Shown here: in pieces, positions 39,001 to 47,934 of the stretch
How the letters are laid out: the number at the start of each line of letters is the position of its first letter
How positions within the stretch are numbered: position 1 is the first letter of the stretch
From: Candidatus Heimdallarchaeota archaeon
GTDB lineage: Archaea; Asgardarchaeota; Heimdallarchaeia; Heimdallarchaeales; Heimdallarchaeaceae
Direction: 5' to 3'
Length of the DNA: 64,000 nucleotides
NCBI GenBank assembly: GCA_021399345.1
Contig: JAAFKI010000045.1
Coordinates: forward strand, 160,001 to 224,000
Translations under genes and position numbers: made by a program
Notes under the pieces: generated by a model
Told to the model about the DNA's origin: nothing
Databases searched by the model: none
What the model saw: the letters and a program-made list of their open reading frames with translations, nothing else

Positions 39001-41054
39001 CAAGTAGCATTATTAACTGTATAAGATACAGTAGCAGAAGGTATTAGATTTTTAGTTCCAATTGTATATGGCTCACTAATATTGTAATATGAACCTCTGA
39101 CTAAAATTGAATCTAACCCTTTTCTTGTAATATCAGTTGTAATCCAATTATCATTTGAAGGTTCTTCTTCCCACTCTAAAACTAATTCTGTTTGTGTTTG
39201 TACTACTATTCTTTGTGAATAAAAACCTACTTCTGTACCATTTTGCCACATTACAGCAGCAGTCCAGAAACCTGGTAAATCAGACCCACTTGCTGAAGGA
39301 TCAAAATGAATCTCAGGAGTATAGAAACCAGCACTTACTTGAGTTATTCCAGACAGACTATAAGATGTTGTATCAGTGTAGATTAGATTTGCTGGTAAGG
39401 AACTCTTCAAAGGAATTATATTTCCATTAATATCATATAATGTATAATTCAAGCTTCCAGTTATCTCGTTGTAAGGAGTTCCTCCTCCATCTCCTTGTAC
39501 TAGAGTATTAGCAACTATTTTGGATCCAACATACCCTGTTGAATCAGTAGCTCCTCCTACCCAATATCCAAGGAAAAATCTTTCTGATGGAGTAATATCA
39601 TCCAATAGTTCTAAATTACTTAGATAATTCGGACTCGTTGTTATTAATAACCAGTTGCCTGCAGAATCATTTGAGCCAAGGTTTAATTCATAACCATTTA
39701 CTTCCCTTGAACCTGGCATTGTATTAGTATCATTATAATAGAAAGTGAAACTACTGTGCCAATCATCTGGTGTATAAATTAGCTGATTTCTATCTAGATT
39801 TGTATAAGGAGATATATCAACTGCTGATGTTGACCATGTCAGATTCCAAGTAGCACTGTAGCTCCAGTAAGTGGAGTTTGTTACATCGAATAACGAACTA
39901 GCACTGAGTGTTTGTTTGAATGTATAAGAATTCGCTAATGTAATTTGAACAGAAGTATTGGATGTTATTGTATGCAAACCTGATGTGGAAATGCTTGATG
40001 AAAAAGAAGAAACAGAATTTGAATTGTCTCTCAAATCAATCGCTTCTGGATCAGTAAATTTGTAAGCTGTTCCATTACTAAAAGATGGTAATAATTGTGG
40101 GATTAGATTATAATCGTAATTTACTATTTGCGTCCATGAAGAAGATCCATAGCTTTTTCTGAAGGAGTTTCCACCTAAATCGCCTCCTAGTTTTTTATGC
40201 CATGCAAAATGTTTGTATGTACCAGGATCGCCTGTATCAACAACAGATAAGTTAGCTACAATAAAATACTCTCCTTTCAATAATACAACATCTGTAAAAT
40301 TATAGAAATGAATATTGTCGATTGAACTACTTGGTAGTATATTAGCACTATTATATGGATCATTAATATCACTGGATAGTATATCACTCATATTTGGTTC
40401 AAAAGGTGATGATGTTTCAGCACTAACCAATAACAAATCTAATGCATATATTCCCCAAGGCCCTAAATTGACTTGGTCTAAATAGATTTTTGCTCCTGTA
40501 AAATATGCGTAATCCCATTTTATCTCAAACCCTTGTGCAACTTGTATATTATCATAATAGGATAACTGATCCACTAAATAATCTGTACTATTTTCAATTT
40601 GATAATAATCTTGAACTGCTTCAATTTTTTGTATTCCAAACTTCAAATCATCAGAAGTATAACTAGTTGGTTCTGTAATTGTAAAGCCATCTGTTATTGT
40701 ATTAGATATCTGTGAATATTCAAGATCTAAAACATCATTATGAGTTACTCCTATAATATCATCAACTGCAAAATTGCTACCCGGATTTGAATCACCTTGA
40801 ACAGGATCGTAGTCAAATCCCACTTCTTCAGGACGTATAACTTTCTTTGTAATTGGGTCTACTATGATTATTTCTGTTTCCACTCTAGTATTACTCTGAG
40901 ATGAATCATCACTAAACCAAGGATTGTTTCCTAAAGAAGTTGACGCTGCATAAATCTGCGGAACTGGTGAAAACATAACTAAAATAAGCACATAAAATGC
41001 TAATGAGTATACTGTAAACCTTCTAAGTTTACGTAAATGAGAAGGAAGCTTCAT
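36054..41054 (-). CDS. Giant single-pass surface protein with cytoplasmic longin-like + winged-helix domains
   Basis: Signal peptide, ~1380 aa Thr/Ser/Asn-rich beta repeats (K.GY motifs), TM YMIIGIVAIALIVIAIIII, basic stop-transfer, then VIIVHTESGLPIY...DSSLVTGFLQAV. Confidence 0.8.
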   Translation of the reverse strand: MKLPSHLRKLRRFTVYSLAFYVLILVMFSPVPQIYAASTSLGNNPWFSDDSSQSNTRVETEIIIVDPITKKVIRPEEVGFDYDPVQGDSNPGSNFAVDDIIGVTHNDVLDLEYSQISNTITDGFTITEPTSYTSDDLKFGIQKIEAVQDYYQIENSTDYLVDQLSYYDNIQVAQGFEIKWDYAYFTGAKIYLDQVNLGPWGIYALDLLLVSAETSSPFEPNMSDILSSDINDPYNSANILPSSSIDNIHFYNFTDVVLLKGEYFIVANLSVVDTGDPGTYKHFAWHKKLGGDLGGNSFRKSYGSSSWTQIVNYDYNLIPQLLPSFSNGTAYKFTDPEAIDLRDNSNSVSSFSSSISTSGLHTITSNTSVQITLANSYTFKQTLSASSLFDVTNSTYWSYSATWNLTWSTSAVDISPYTNLDRNQLIYTPDDWHSSFTFYYNDTNTMPGSREVNGYELNLGSNDSAGNWLLITTSPNYLSNLELLDDITPSERFFLGYWVGGATDSTGYVGSKIVANTLVQGDGGGTPYNEITGSLNYTLYDINGNIIPLKSSLPANLIYTDTTSYSLSGITQVSAGFYTPEIHFDPSASGSDLPGFWTAAVMWQNGTEVGFYSQRIVVQTQTELVLEWEEEPSNDNWITTDITRKGLDSILVRGSYYNISEPYTIGTKNLIPSATVSYTVNNATWNKNDVFNDYAPDYNTSILIDANIDVGTYTVDFLGTGAFLENNSTSFTLTVFYELVLVPKYTNYQTNYTNNVSYYMNLYDVTASANLSLAPNDMTVTITNGTDFPLSSPVDYTFDNQTEQWVLNISTSTNNLYTGFYSVEISIYLNNYRASYSAAYVSDVYTFEITAPKTSIEKTGDATTIYVYHDAVFSFRYLDTNHSTALITASYSGSASESNIIVNINRVGDTYFVTVTNNNPSVSSFDIYIDIDLTNYEAVTSYQLGSLSVLTIETSLTDVLVPTEVYVGYVTSIVVYFEDTTHSEDINQIGGDGLFVIVTSNATMLITYVDTDFLGGGQYNVSFINNDYTMPGINITITIGRTGYESASMFFEIQVISINTDSQLVDSADQDITIYFGEGTIVEVLYWDDILGDNITTPDIFIDGNISVTFGDTFADNITTITINPIYSVGTFYLNITIIKPGYAPQMIQILITIEERVTDLIINAGDVNTTEYASEEIDLSFDFRDVVGGNISIDSALVSALFAQDNSSLEIDDYFNSITNTTFGDYYIVSFNVDPSVAVGTVYILEITFSKYGYQSQTIIIRITFPPARDYDIDIIVEGDIRQLETIEFVVLVENLTAEIMAEGSDAIIHVAPTPYSDSVNITYTFTYANGTIVTYWELVQLTPNGSGGFIATYEVYIPWHVTNISYFVTYAPGGTNQYVIVAQSSAENQTVVANPTFVALLTYFFREYTLYMIIGIVAIALIVIAIIIIQFTIVRPRKQRKKEGKRKYLDKISKILTSVLSLRKVIIVHTESGLPIYEWDLGGEITVDSSLVTGFLQAVAGMGSEISGGQTGAIKKLDYGQFVVSSASKDCICAYLFSTSEVSIDVETGLAGFVEWFEKRFKSVLHDWGGVTDEFTNNSRQIIDTLSEELFIWTLHPLSINTLKEKDVQKLNSFGQKIFNFIKDYKEVTISVALEYFNKTPLEETLSTLFNMIDEKYLLRMRLR

Positions 41055-41118
41055 TATAATTAGTACTTTATATTGGCTTTAAAAAATCCTTCGAAAAAGG
41101 CTGTCTTATTTCCATAGT

Positions 41119-42669
41119 CTATTTGGTGGTTTCCTTATTATTGTCGGTTTCAATCCCCGGAAATATACCTAAGATTCTTCTAAATCCAGAAGGAACATTT
41201 ATTTCCGATACAACCATTGCACCTTCTGTAGATATATCTATTAAGTTGAAACTATTTTCAGATGAGGCAGTGTGTTGAGATGAAAGGGTGTTGCAGTTAA
41301 CAAAAGCTGTTTTTTCGACTCTTGTACAGAATGCTCTTCCCAAATGACCACTAAGTGCAAGATTTACTCCCGTATCAGAGAGCAATCGTAAAACATCCCC
41401 AGCATCTTCAAGAGCAGAAGTTTCTCTTGTTCCTGGAATTGGTATAAGATGATGATGCATAACAACGGTGTGGAATTTATCTCGAGATTGTTGTCTAGTA
41501 TGATAGACATATGCCTCAAGTCTATGTTGAGTTGTTCTGCCAACTACACCTATTTCTGTTTCAGGTGCTGATGTGTTCAGGACATAAAATAGCGAATTAT
41601 TTTTCTCTATTGTGTTTTCGATATCAAAATACTTATGTAGTAATGTTTCACCAAAACCTCTCAAATCATTAGGTCCAGGACAAAATATTAACTTGTCTGA
41701 ATATGGTAAAAAAGCTTCAACAGCTGATTCGTAATCAGAAGTTCTCCCTTTTGAGGTCATATTTCCACAATGAAGAATTAAATCGGGATTGGTAATATTG
41801 ATCAAATTTATTCCTTTCTGAAACAGTTCTTTTTGATTATTACCAGCTCCAAAATCTGTACCAGCAATTTGGGCTAGTCTGAGCCATATTCCACCTGTTG
41901 AATCTACCATTCTAAATCGTCTGGTTATGGTCTTTAATTCATTCCTGATTGTATCGCCATTTGTTTTCATTATCTTAACTTTAACTTCTTTTTCGGGAGT
42001 TATTTCCACATAGTTGAATGATCTTGAACCCCCACTACGAGTCTTGTAACTAGAAACACTTCCAGCCGAAATTATAATAGTATCTTCTACTTTGTAGACA
42101 TTAGGATGATGTTTGTGACCTGTGAAAACTGCATCAACGTTATGATCTAATAGAACTGAAAGCATATCGCCTGCATCAACAGCGTTTGACCTTTCCCTTC
42201 CTGTTTTGGGAATTGGTAATATATGGTGATGAAATCCTACAAGCTTTATCTTCGCATCTCCATACTTCATAAGTATCTTTTTTGTATAGTCAAGAGCTTC
42301 TCTTCCGAATCTCCCCCCATCTCTATCAGGTATACAAGAATCCAAACCTATGAAAAGAATATCTTCAGAATATTCTCGAAATTCTCTAGGTCCAATCTTT
42401 TTCTCCCATACTTCAAATCCACCAGACCGAGAATCATGGTTACCAATAATCCAATAAATCTTAGGCGAAATGATTTCTCTCCGCAATGTATCAGCTAGTT
42501 CATATTCGTCAATTAACCCATCCTGTGTTAGATCACCTGAAAATACCGCAAAATCGTGTGGAGTCTTGTTTATTACAGAAACTGCTTCATCATAATTACT
42601 TCTAATGAATTGGGCACGTGGAGTGAAGTGTATATCACTGAAATGAACTATTTTTACAGATTTATCCAT
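41119..42669 (-). CDS. Metallophosphoesterase with two calcineurin-like domains
   Basis: SDIH, GDLT, GNHD, HHH, GHKH in domain 1; degenerate copies in domain 2; ATG 42669. Confidence 0.88.
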   Translation of the reverse strand: MDKSVKIVHFSDIHFTPRAQFIRSNYDEAVSVINKTPHDFAVFSGDLTQDGLIDEYELADTLRREIISPKIYWIIGNHDSRSGGFEVWEKKIGPREFREYSEDILFIGLDSCIPDRDGGRFGREALDYTKKILMKYGDAKIKLVGFHHHILPIPKTGRERSNAVDAGDMLSVLLDHNVDAVFTGHKHHPNVYKVEDTIIISAGSVSSYKTRSGGSRSFNYVEITPEKEVKVKIMKTNGDTIRNELKTITRRFRMVDSTGGIWLRLAQIAGTDFGAGNNQKELFQKGINLINITNPDLILHCGNMTSKGRTSDYESAVEAFLPYSDKLIFCPGPNDLRGFGETLLHKYFDIENTIEKNNSLFYVLNTSAPETEIGVVGRTTQHRLEAYVYHTRQQSRDKFHTVVMHHHLIPIPGTRETSALEDAGDVLRLLSDTGVNLALSGHLGRAFCTRVEKTAFVNCNTLSSQHTASSENSFNLIDISTEGAMVVSEINVPSGFRRILGIFPGIETDNNKETTK

Positions 42670-42770
42670 CAAGAACAGTAATGATTGAAGGGTAATTATC
42701 TTTATCGCTTGTCTTAACTTTGATTGCACTTTACAAAATCTTTAATTTCTGAGTAGCGTAGATAATCTAG

Positions 42771-43154
42771 ATGACACTTAGAACCTACGAAATTGACGAC
42801 CCAGTTTCGAGTGTGATGACCAAAGGAGTTCTTTTTGTAAAATCTTCAAAGAATCTATCTGAAACTGCTTCTATCATGGCAGATTTCGATGTGGGATCCT
42901 TGTTAGTAGGAGATAATGGAAATGCGGTTGGTATCGTAACAAGTAAAGATATCATCAAAGTAATTTCTGAAGAAAAAGAATTGAAGAAAATAAAAGTTAG
43001 AGATATTATGCAAACGCCATTAATAAAAATCAATGCACATGAAACTATTTCTTCAGCACTTATAAAAATGAAAGAACAAAAAATTAACCATCTAATAGTT
43101 GTAGATGGAGATAAAATAATCGGAATGATAAATCCTCTAAACTTGTTGATTTAA
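42771..43154 (+). CDS. CBS domain pair protein
   Basis: VSSVMTK, VGSLLV, GIVTSKDII, VRDIM, INHLIVVD. Confidence 0.9.
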   Translation: MTLRTYEIDDPVSSVMTKGVLFVKSSKNLSETASIMADFDVGSLLVGDNGNAVGIVTSKDIIKVISEEKELKKIKVRDIMQTPLIKINAHETISSALIKMKEQKINHLIVVDGDKIIGMINPLNLLI

Positions 43155-43226
43155 TAGAAAAAGACTAAATTACTAGGGGTAAGTTTTTCAGTAGGTTTTT
43201 GTTTGTTCTATTATACAATTTAGAAA

Positions 43227-44330
43227 GTGAGTTTTTTGAGTGAAAAAGAAGAATCTTTCTCTCCTGATTCAGTAAGAAAGAAACAGAAATTAAAAACGAT
43301 TCTTACAATGATTGGAGAAAGTCTTGACTCATATTTTAAATCACAAATTTTAGAAACAAAAGGTGAGTTACCTTCTTTGATATCTATAAAAGAAGTAAAC
43401 ACAATAGAAAAAAATACCTCAAAATCCAAAGTTCATTTTGTCACATACTACTTGAATACCGATGTTGGTGAACAATCAATCAATCTAGTTGTTAAGTTTT
43501 CAGCTGACGAAATAAGATATAATAAAGAGATAAAAAATTACGAAACAATCTCAAAAGCTGCTGAAAGATTTCCAGGCATTTATATTCCTAAGATAGTCTA
43601 TAAGAGTCACCCAAATAGGAGTATTATCTACGAAGGTATAACAGGGAAGAGTTTTAGGGAAACAAGTATTGATAAGAATTTTAAATATCAATTAGCTGGT
43701 CAAACCTTAGCTGCAATCCACGGAACAGAGACTGATAAATTTGTTACTGAACCCTATAAGAAATTGATACTATATCTTTTATCTACTCTAAAAGATTCAG
43801 ATTTAGAAGAAGAGATATTAGAAGCAATGCTCCCCTCATTTCACTCATTAGAGAAATCACTAGGTTCAACATTGATTCATGGAGATTTTCATCAAGGGAA
43901 TCTGCTCTTTTCTTCAGAAGCTACTTCACCAGTAAGTGAAATGATAGAAGAGTTTCCACCAAGGATAAAAGTATACATTATTGATCCAGAATTTGTTATG
44001 TCAGGTAGAGATAGAGCAGAAGATATTGGAACTTTTTTTGCTAAACCATTAATTAAGGAATTTCAAAAATATGGTACATTTGATGAAACAAAAAAGGACA
44101 TTAGTGCATTCATTAAGGGATATGATTTTGCACTTTCAAAGATGGAATCCAAATATGCTCTTCAAGATCTTTACTCTGGGGGCTTAACAATCGACTTTCA
44201 CGTATCTTCCTATATTCTATATAATATCAGTGAAAGGATTGAAAACAATAAAAGTAAACTTGAAGATGAAGATATGCAGAATAAAATCAATCTTCTTCGA
44301 AAAATATTGACTGATAAACTAGTCGAATAG
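43227..44330 (+). CDS. Protein kinase-like (APH/phosphotransferase) protein, paralog of 18766-19812
   Basis: VVKF, IYEGITG, HGDFHQGN, IDPEF, DRAEDIGTFF. Confidence 0.78.
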   Translation: MSFLSEKEESFSPDSVRKKQKLKTILTMIGESLDSYFKSQILETKGELPSLISIKEVNTIEKNTSKSKVHFVTYYLNTDVGEQSINLVVKFSADEIRYNKEIKNYETISKAAERFPGIYIPKIVYKSHPNRSIIYEGITGKSFRETSIDKNFKYQLAGQTLAAIHGTETDKFVTEPYKKLILYLLSTLKDSDLEEEILEAMLPSFHSLEKSLGSTLIHGDFHQGNLLFSSEATSPVSEMIEEFPPRIKVYIIDPEFVMSGRDRAEDIGTFFAKPLIKEFQKYGTFDETKKDISAFIKGYDFALSKMESKYALQDLYSGGLTIDFHVSSYILYNISERIENNKSKLEDEDMQNKINLLRKILTDKLVE

Positions 44331-44350
44331 ATCGATGGGATTCATTTATT

Positions 44351-44809
44351 CTATTTTATGAATGTTTTAGACAAAGCCCATTTTGTTCTAATGAAATTTA
44401 AAAGCTCGAAATATAATTTACTTTCAGAGGTTGATATTAGCTCCAAACCATTAGTTGATGGATTATACGAAACAACCACAAAGTATGTTTCTCCTTGATA
44501 ATTAACTTCTACTAGAGCTGTTATTCCATCTAGAGCAGAAAGATCTCCGAGGATTAAACTGATGCTATGAAGAGTGTTGATTATTTCCAGCATGTCTCTT
44601 CCAGAAATCTGTTCAAGAATTATCATATCAGATTTAAATTTACCAATTCCTGTTGAGTCTGCAAACATTGCATCTAACTCTGTTTTTTTATCTTCAGGTA
44701 TGAATTCAAACTCTATTTGTATTGTTTGTACATTCCCAAGATAGTTGATTCTTTGCAACTGATTTGCTAGATGGTATATTTCAGGAGAGCTTTCAACTTT
44801 GTGACTCAC
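44351..44809 (-). CDS. Hypothetical protein
   Basis: 152-aa ORF, GTG start preceded by GAGGT Shine-Dalgarno. Confidence 0.7.
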   Translation of the reverse strand: MSHKVESSPEIYHLANQLQRINYLGNVQTIQIEFEFIPEDKKTELDAMFADSTGIGKFKSDMIILEQISGRDMLEIINTLHSISLILGDLSALDGITALVEVNYQGETYFVVVSYNPSTNGLELISTSESKLYFELLNFIRTKWALSKTFIK

Positions 44810-45027
44810 AATAACCTCACTAAGAAATACATATGCCTATTTGACCATTATAAGCTTTATTATGATTTGTTCGAAAATTAGAACTAATTAAGTGTATTAC
44901 CATAGAAAAGCTATGTGTTTAAATAGCAATTTAATCATATTTCCTCCAGAAGAAAAATTACTCGGCACATATTAGTTCGGTATTATGAGAAAAATATCTA
45001 AGAATATAAGTAAAACACAGAATACTC

Positions 45028-45108
45028 TATCGCGGATAAATTCCCTAGAAACTTTCTAGCAATCGCGGATAAAATACTGAGATTGCTTTTATAAGAGTAA
45101 CATATCCG
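45028..45108. promoter_or_regulatory. Operator-like array and TATA box upstream of wHTH regulator
   Basis: ATCGCGGATAAA at 45029-45040 and 45062-45073 flanking CTAGAAA-C-TTTCTAG (45045-45059); TTTTATAA 45087-45094; inverted half-site TATCCG 45103-45108. Confidence 0.6.
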
Positions 45109-45139
45109 TATTACTTACATAGCAAGGGGATAAACAAAA

Positions 45140-45355
45140 ATGGCAGATGAAGAAATACCAGTTTCGGGAAAAAAGCTTCTTTCTATTTTGGAAAAAAAGG
45201 GACCATTAACTCAAAAGCAACTAATTAAAGCTTCTGCGATCCCTGCAAGAACTGCAAGATACGCTCTAAGAAGATTAATAGAGTTAGGGTTAATAATTAA
45301 AAGAAGTAATTTAAACGATATGAGGTCAGTATTCTACTTTATTGTGGATAACTAA
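45140..45355 (+). CDS. Small winged-helix (MarR/Lrs14-like) DNA-binding protein
   Basis: GPLTQKQL...IPARTARYALRRLIELGLI...DMRSVFY. Confidence 0.85.
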   Translation: MADEEIPVSGKKLLSILEKKGPLTQKQLIKASAIPARTARYALRRLIELGLIIKRSNLNDMRSVFYFIVDN

Positions 45356-45482
45356 GCCCTTTTTTCCTTTTTCCATCTTTTATTTTTCGCTTTTTCAAAG
45401 TTAAAATATATACGATTTTCACGATTATTTTTTAGGTTTCCTTATCAACAAAGTTTTTTTATTTTAAACTATTACTAATCAT

Positions 45483-46508
45483 ATGGATAACGTAATTTGT
45501 GACTTGGCAATTATTGGTTCAGGTTTAACTGGCTTATCTGCGGCAATTGCTGCTTATTGTAAAAATCCAGATATAACGATTAAACTATTTGGTATTCCAT
45601 TTGATTCAAGTACTGCTAAAAAGGGAGAAATCGAAAATATACCTGGTACAAGTAAAGTAGTTGGTGTAGATTTCATCCAGCAACTTATTGAACAAGTGCA
45701 GAGTCTTAACACAGAATTTGTCCATGACAAGATTACTTCTGAACACGTGGAAGGAATCCCTCATGAAGATATCTCTTCTGAAATAAAACAAGATTTTCCA
45801 ATATTAGATATTACAAATGAGATAGTTAAATCGATATCTAAAAGTGAAAAAGGATTCAAAATTATTACTGAGCAACAATCTATTGAAACTAAAACAGTTA
45901 TTGTCTCAACTGGTCTTCCTGAGCTTGAACACACAATTAAGGGAGAGGATGAATTTGTTAACAAGGGTGTATCTCACTGTGCAGTATGTGATGGTGCTCT
46001 CTTTCGTGGGAGGAAAGTTGTTATAATAGGCATAGGGAACTTTGTTGCAAGGGGAGCTCTATTTCTGCGCAAATATTGTAAAAAAATAACACTTCTATGC
46101 CCAAATGATAATTTAGGTTGTGATAAAAGATTCTTAAAGAAATTGAATGCATCACCGAATATTAAAATAAAAAATAGTATTGATCTTGACAGTATAGAAA
46201 TTTATGGAAATCAAACTGTTGAAGGGTTAAAATATCAAGAAGAAAGTGAGATAAAAGAACTGTCAATAAATGGTGTTTTTATAGAGTTAAAGGATAAACC
46301 TGATTTGTCAATATTGGGGGATCTGAATATTGAAGAAACAGAAGAAGGATTCATTAAAACTCAAGCGAATAATTCAACAAATTTAAAAGGATTATTTGCC
46401 GCAGGAACAATTCGAGGAGAGATGGATTATATTCCAATTCTAATGGGAGATGGATATAAAACTGGAATTTATGCTATCAATTATCTTGAATCTAACAAGA
46501 AAGATTAG
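45483..46508 (+). CDS. Thioredoxin reductase-like FAD-dependent oxidoreductase
   Basis: IIGSGLTGLSAA, IENIPG, GEDEF..KGVSHCAVCDG, GLFAAG. Confidence 0.85.
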   Translation: MDNVICDLAIIGSGLTGLSAAIAAYCKNPDITIKLFGIPFDSSTAKKGEIENIPGTSKVVGVDFIQQLIEQVQSLNTEFVHDKITSEHVEGIPHEDISSEIKQDFPILDITNEIVKSISKSEKGFKIITEQQSIETKTVIVSTGLPELEHTIKGEDEFVNKGVSHCAVCDGALFRGRKVVIIGIGNFVARGALFLRKYCKKITLLCPNDNLGCDKRFLKKLNASPNIKIKNSIDLDSIEIYGNQTVEGLKYQEESEIKELSINGVFIELKDKPDLSILGDLNIEETEEGFIKTQANNSTNLKGLFAAGTIRGEMDYIPILMGDGYKTGIYAINYLESNKKD

Positions 46509-46552
46509 CATTCTGGGAATTCTTTTTATATTCTGTTTCACACATCATAGTT

Positions 46553-47203
46553 GTGAAATTAGCATTTGTTTTCGCTCACCCTGATGATGAAGCTTTGAGT
46601 TCAGGTGGAACCATTGCTAAATATACTACTTTGGGACATGAAGTTAGTACTTTGTGTTTATCATCAGATTCCGTGCGAAAAGAGGAGTACTTTAACGCAA
46701 CCAAGATACTAGGAGTTCAAAAGCCTATAATTTTTGATTATCCAAATGTAGAAAGTAAAAAACAAGAGATAACAAAAGATTTCATTGATTATTTACTCAA
46801 TTTTAGGCCAGAAATCGTTGTCACTCATCTAGAAAATGATTATCACATCGACCATAGAGCAACTTACAGCATTGTTTTGGAAGGAATCGAATGGGCAGCT
46901 CATGAAACACAGCATAAGAACCCTCATCTTGTAAATAAATTATATGTTGTTGAAACTACAATCTTGATTCCAAATCCACATATTTTAGTTGATATTAGTG
47001 ATTATTATGATCAAAAAGAAGAAGCAATAAAATGCTATAAATCACAGCTTTCCAAAGGAGGGGATAATTTCTACATTAATTTTCATAAAAATAGAACACA
47101 GATGAGGGGAGCTCAAGCTTCAACAAAACATGCAGAGGCATTTCTTAAAGTTTCATTAAAGCAAAACAGCCCTTTTTATGAAAAGAAGCATTCAGAGCTT
47201 TAA
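46553..47203 (+). CDS. PIG-L/LmbE family deacetylase
   Basis: AHPDDE, GGTIA, R..E, DYHIDH, VDIS, K..AI.CYKSQ, AEAF. Confidence 0.9.
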   Translation: MKLAFVFAHPDDEALSSGGTIAKYTTLGHEVSTLCLSSDSVRKEEYFNATKILGVQKPIIFDYPNVESKKQEITKDFIDYLLNFRPEIVVTHLENDYHIDHRATYSIVLEGIEWAAHETQHKNPHLVNKLYVVETTILIPNPHILVDISDYYDQKEEAIKCYKSQLSKGGDNFYINFHKNRTQMRGAQASTKHAEAFLKVSLKQNSPFYEKKHSEL

Positions 47204-47237
47204 ACTGGTTGATTCAGGGAGAGAAATAAAAAAGATT

Positions 47238-47313
47238 TGGCGAGCCAGAACGGATTCGAACCGTCGACCAACTGCTCCGCAGGCAGCCATTCTATCCACT
47301 GAACTACTGGCTC
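47238..47313 (-). tRNA. tRNA-Arg(GCG), CCA encoded
   Basis: Reverse complement folds as GAGCCAG/CTGGCTC acceptor, anticodon loop CT-GCG-GA, TTCGAAT T-loop; 76 nt. Confidence 0.96.
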
Positions 47314-47385
47314 ATTTTATAGCTAAATCTAAACTGTTGTTTTCTAATACCCTCTCCTCTTTATATTTTTCGATTAAATATTAGT

Positions 47386-47751
47386 TCAAGTAAGATAGTT
47401 AATGTTCTTATATCTTTCAATAATCTTTTTGTTAATATCAGCTTGTTCTTTTTTGTGATAAAAATCCCAAACATTTATTTCCTTTATCTGACCAGCTTCT
47501 AAAATAGTCATTTTTGCAGGTCTAAGATTTTTTTCTGAATCAATTACTATTTTGGCTTCATCTTCAAGCTCTTCCAACCTTATGTTGATTTTAAGATAGT
47601 GCTCAAAAAGATGATAATCATTCCATAGCAATTTAATCAATTCTTCTACTGAAATCTGACCCTTTTTTGTAGTAATAGTATGTAAATGCTGCTCGATAGT
47701 TTTCTTTGCAATATCCTTAGATTCCTTGGTATATCCCCAAAAGCTAGACAT
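47386..47751 (-). CDS. Hypothetical protein
   Basis: 121-aa ORF filling the gap between tRNA-Arg and the next gene. Confidence 0.6.
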   Translation of the reverse strand: MSSFWGYTKESKDIAKKTIEQHLHTITTKKGQISVEELIKLLWNDYHLFEHYLKINIRLEELEDEAKIVIDSEKNLRPAKMTILEAGQIKEINVWDFYHKKEQADINKKIIERYKNINYLT

Positions 47752-47934
47752 ATCACTTTCATCAATCTCAGTCTATCAAACCTATTTAAGCTCCACAAAA
47801 AATTATTCTTTGAAAACTATGGTTTGAAACCTTTAAATCAATAAATGGCACTTATTGCATGTGAAGTTTTATTAATGACGTGTTTGGTTTAAGTGTATAC
47901 TGCTTGAAATTTAATAATTTCTGAGGTGAATTAA

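Noticed and set aside
44810-45139. Long AT-rich spacer as replication origin (CTCCAGAAGAAA and TTCCCTAGAAAC loosely ORB-like)
   Set aside because: Poor ORB match, no G-string, no adjacent orc1/cdc6; better explained as an operator/promoter
47178-47384. 68-aa + strand ORF
   Set aside because: Antisense translation of tRNA-Arg (WRARTDSNRRP is a typical tRNA shadow)
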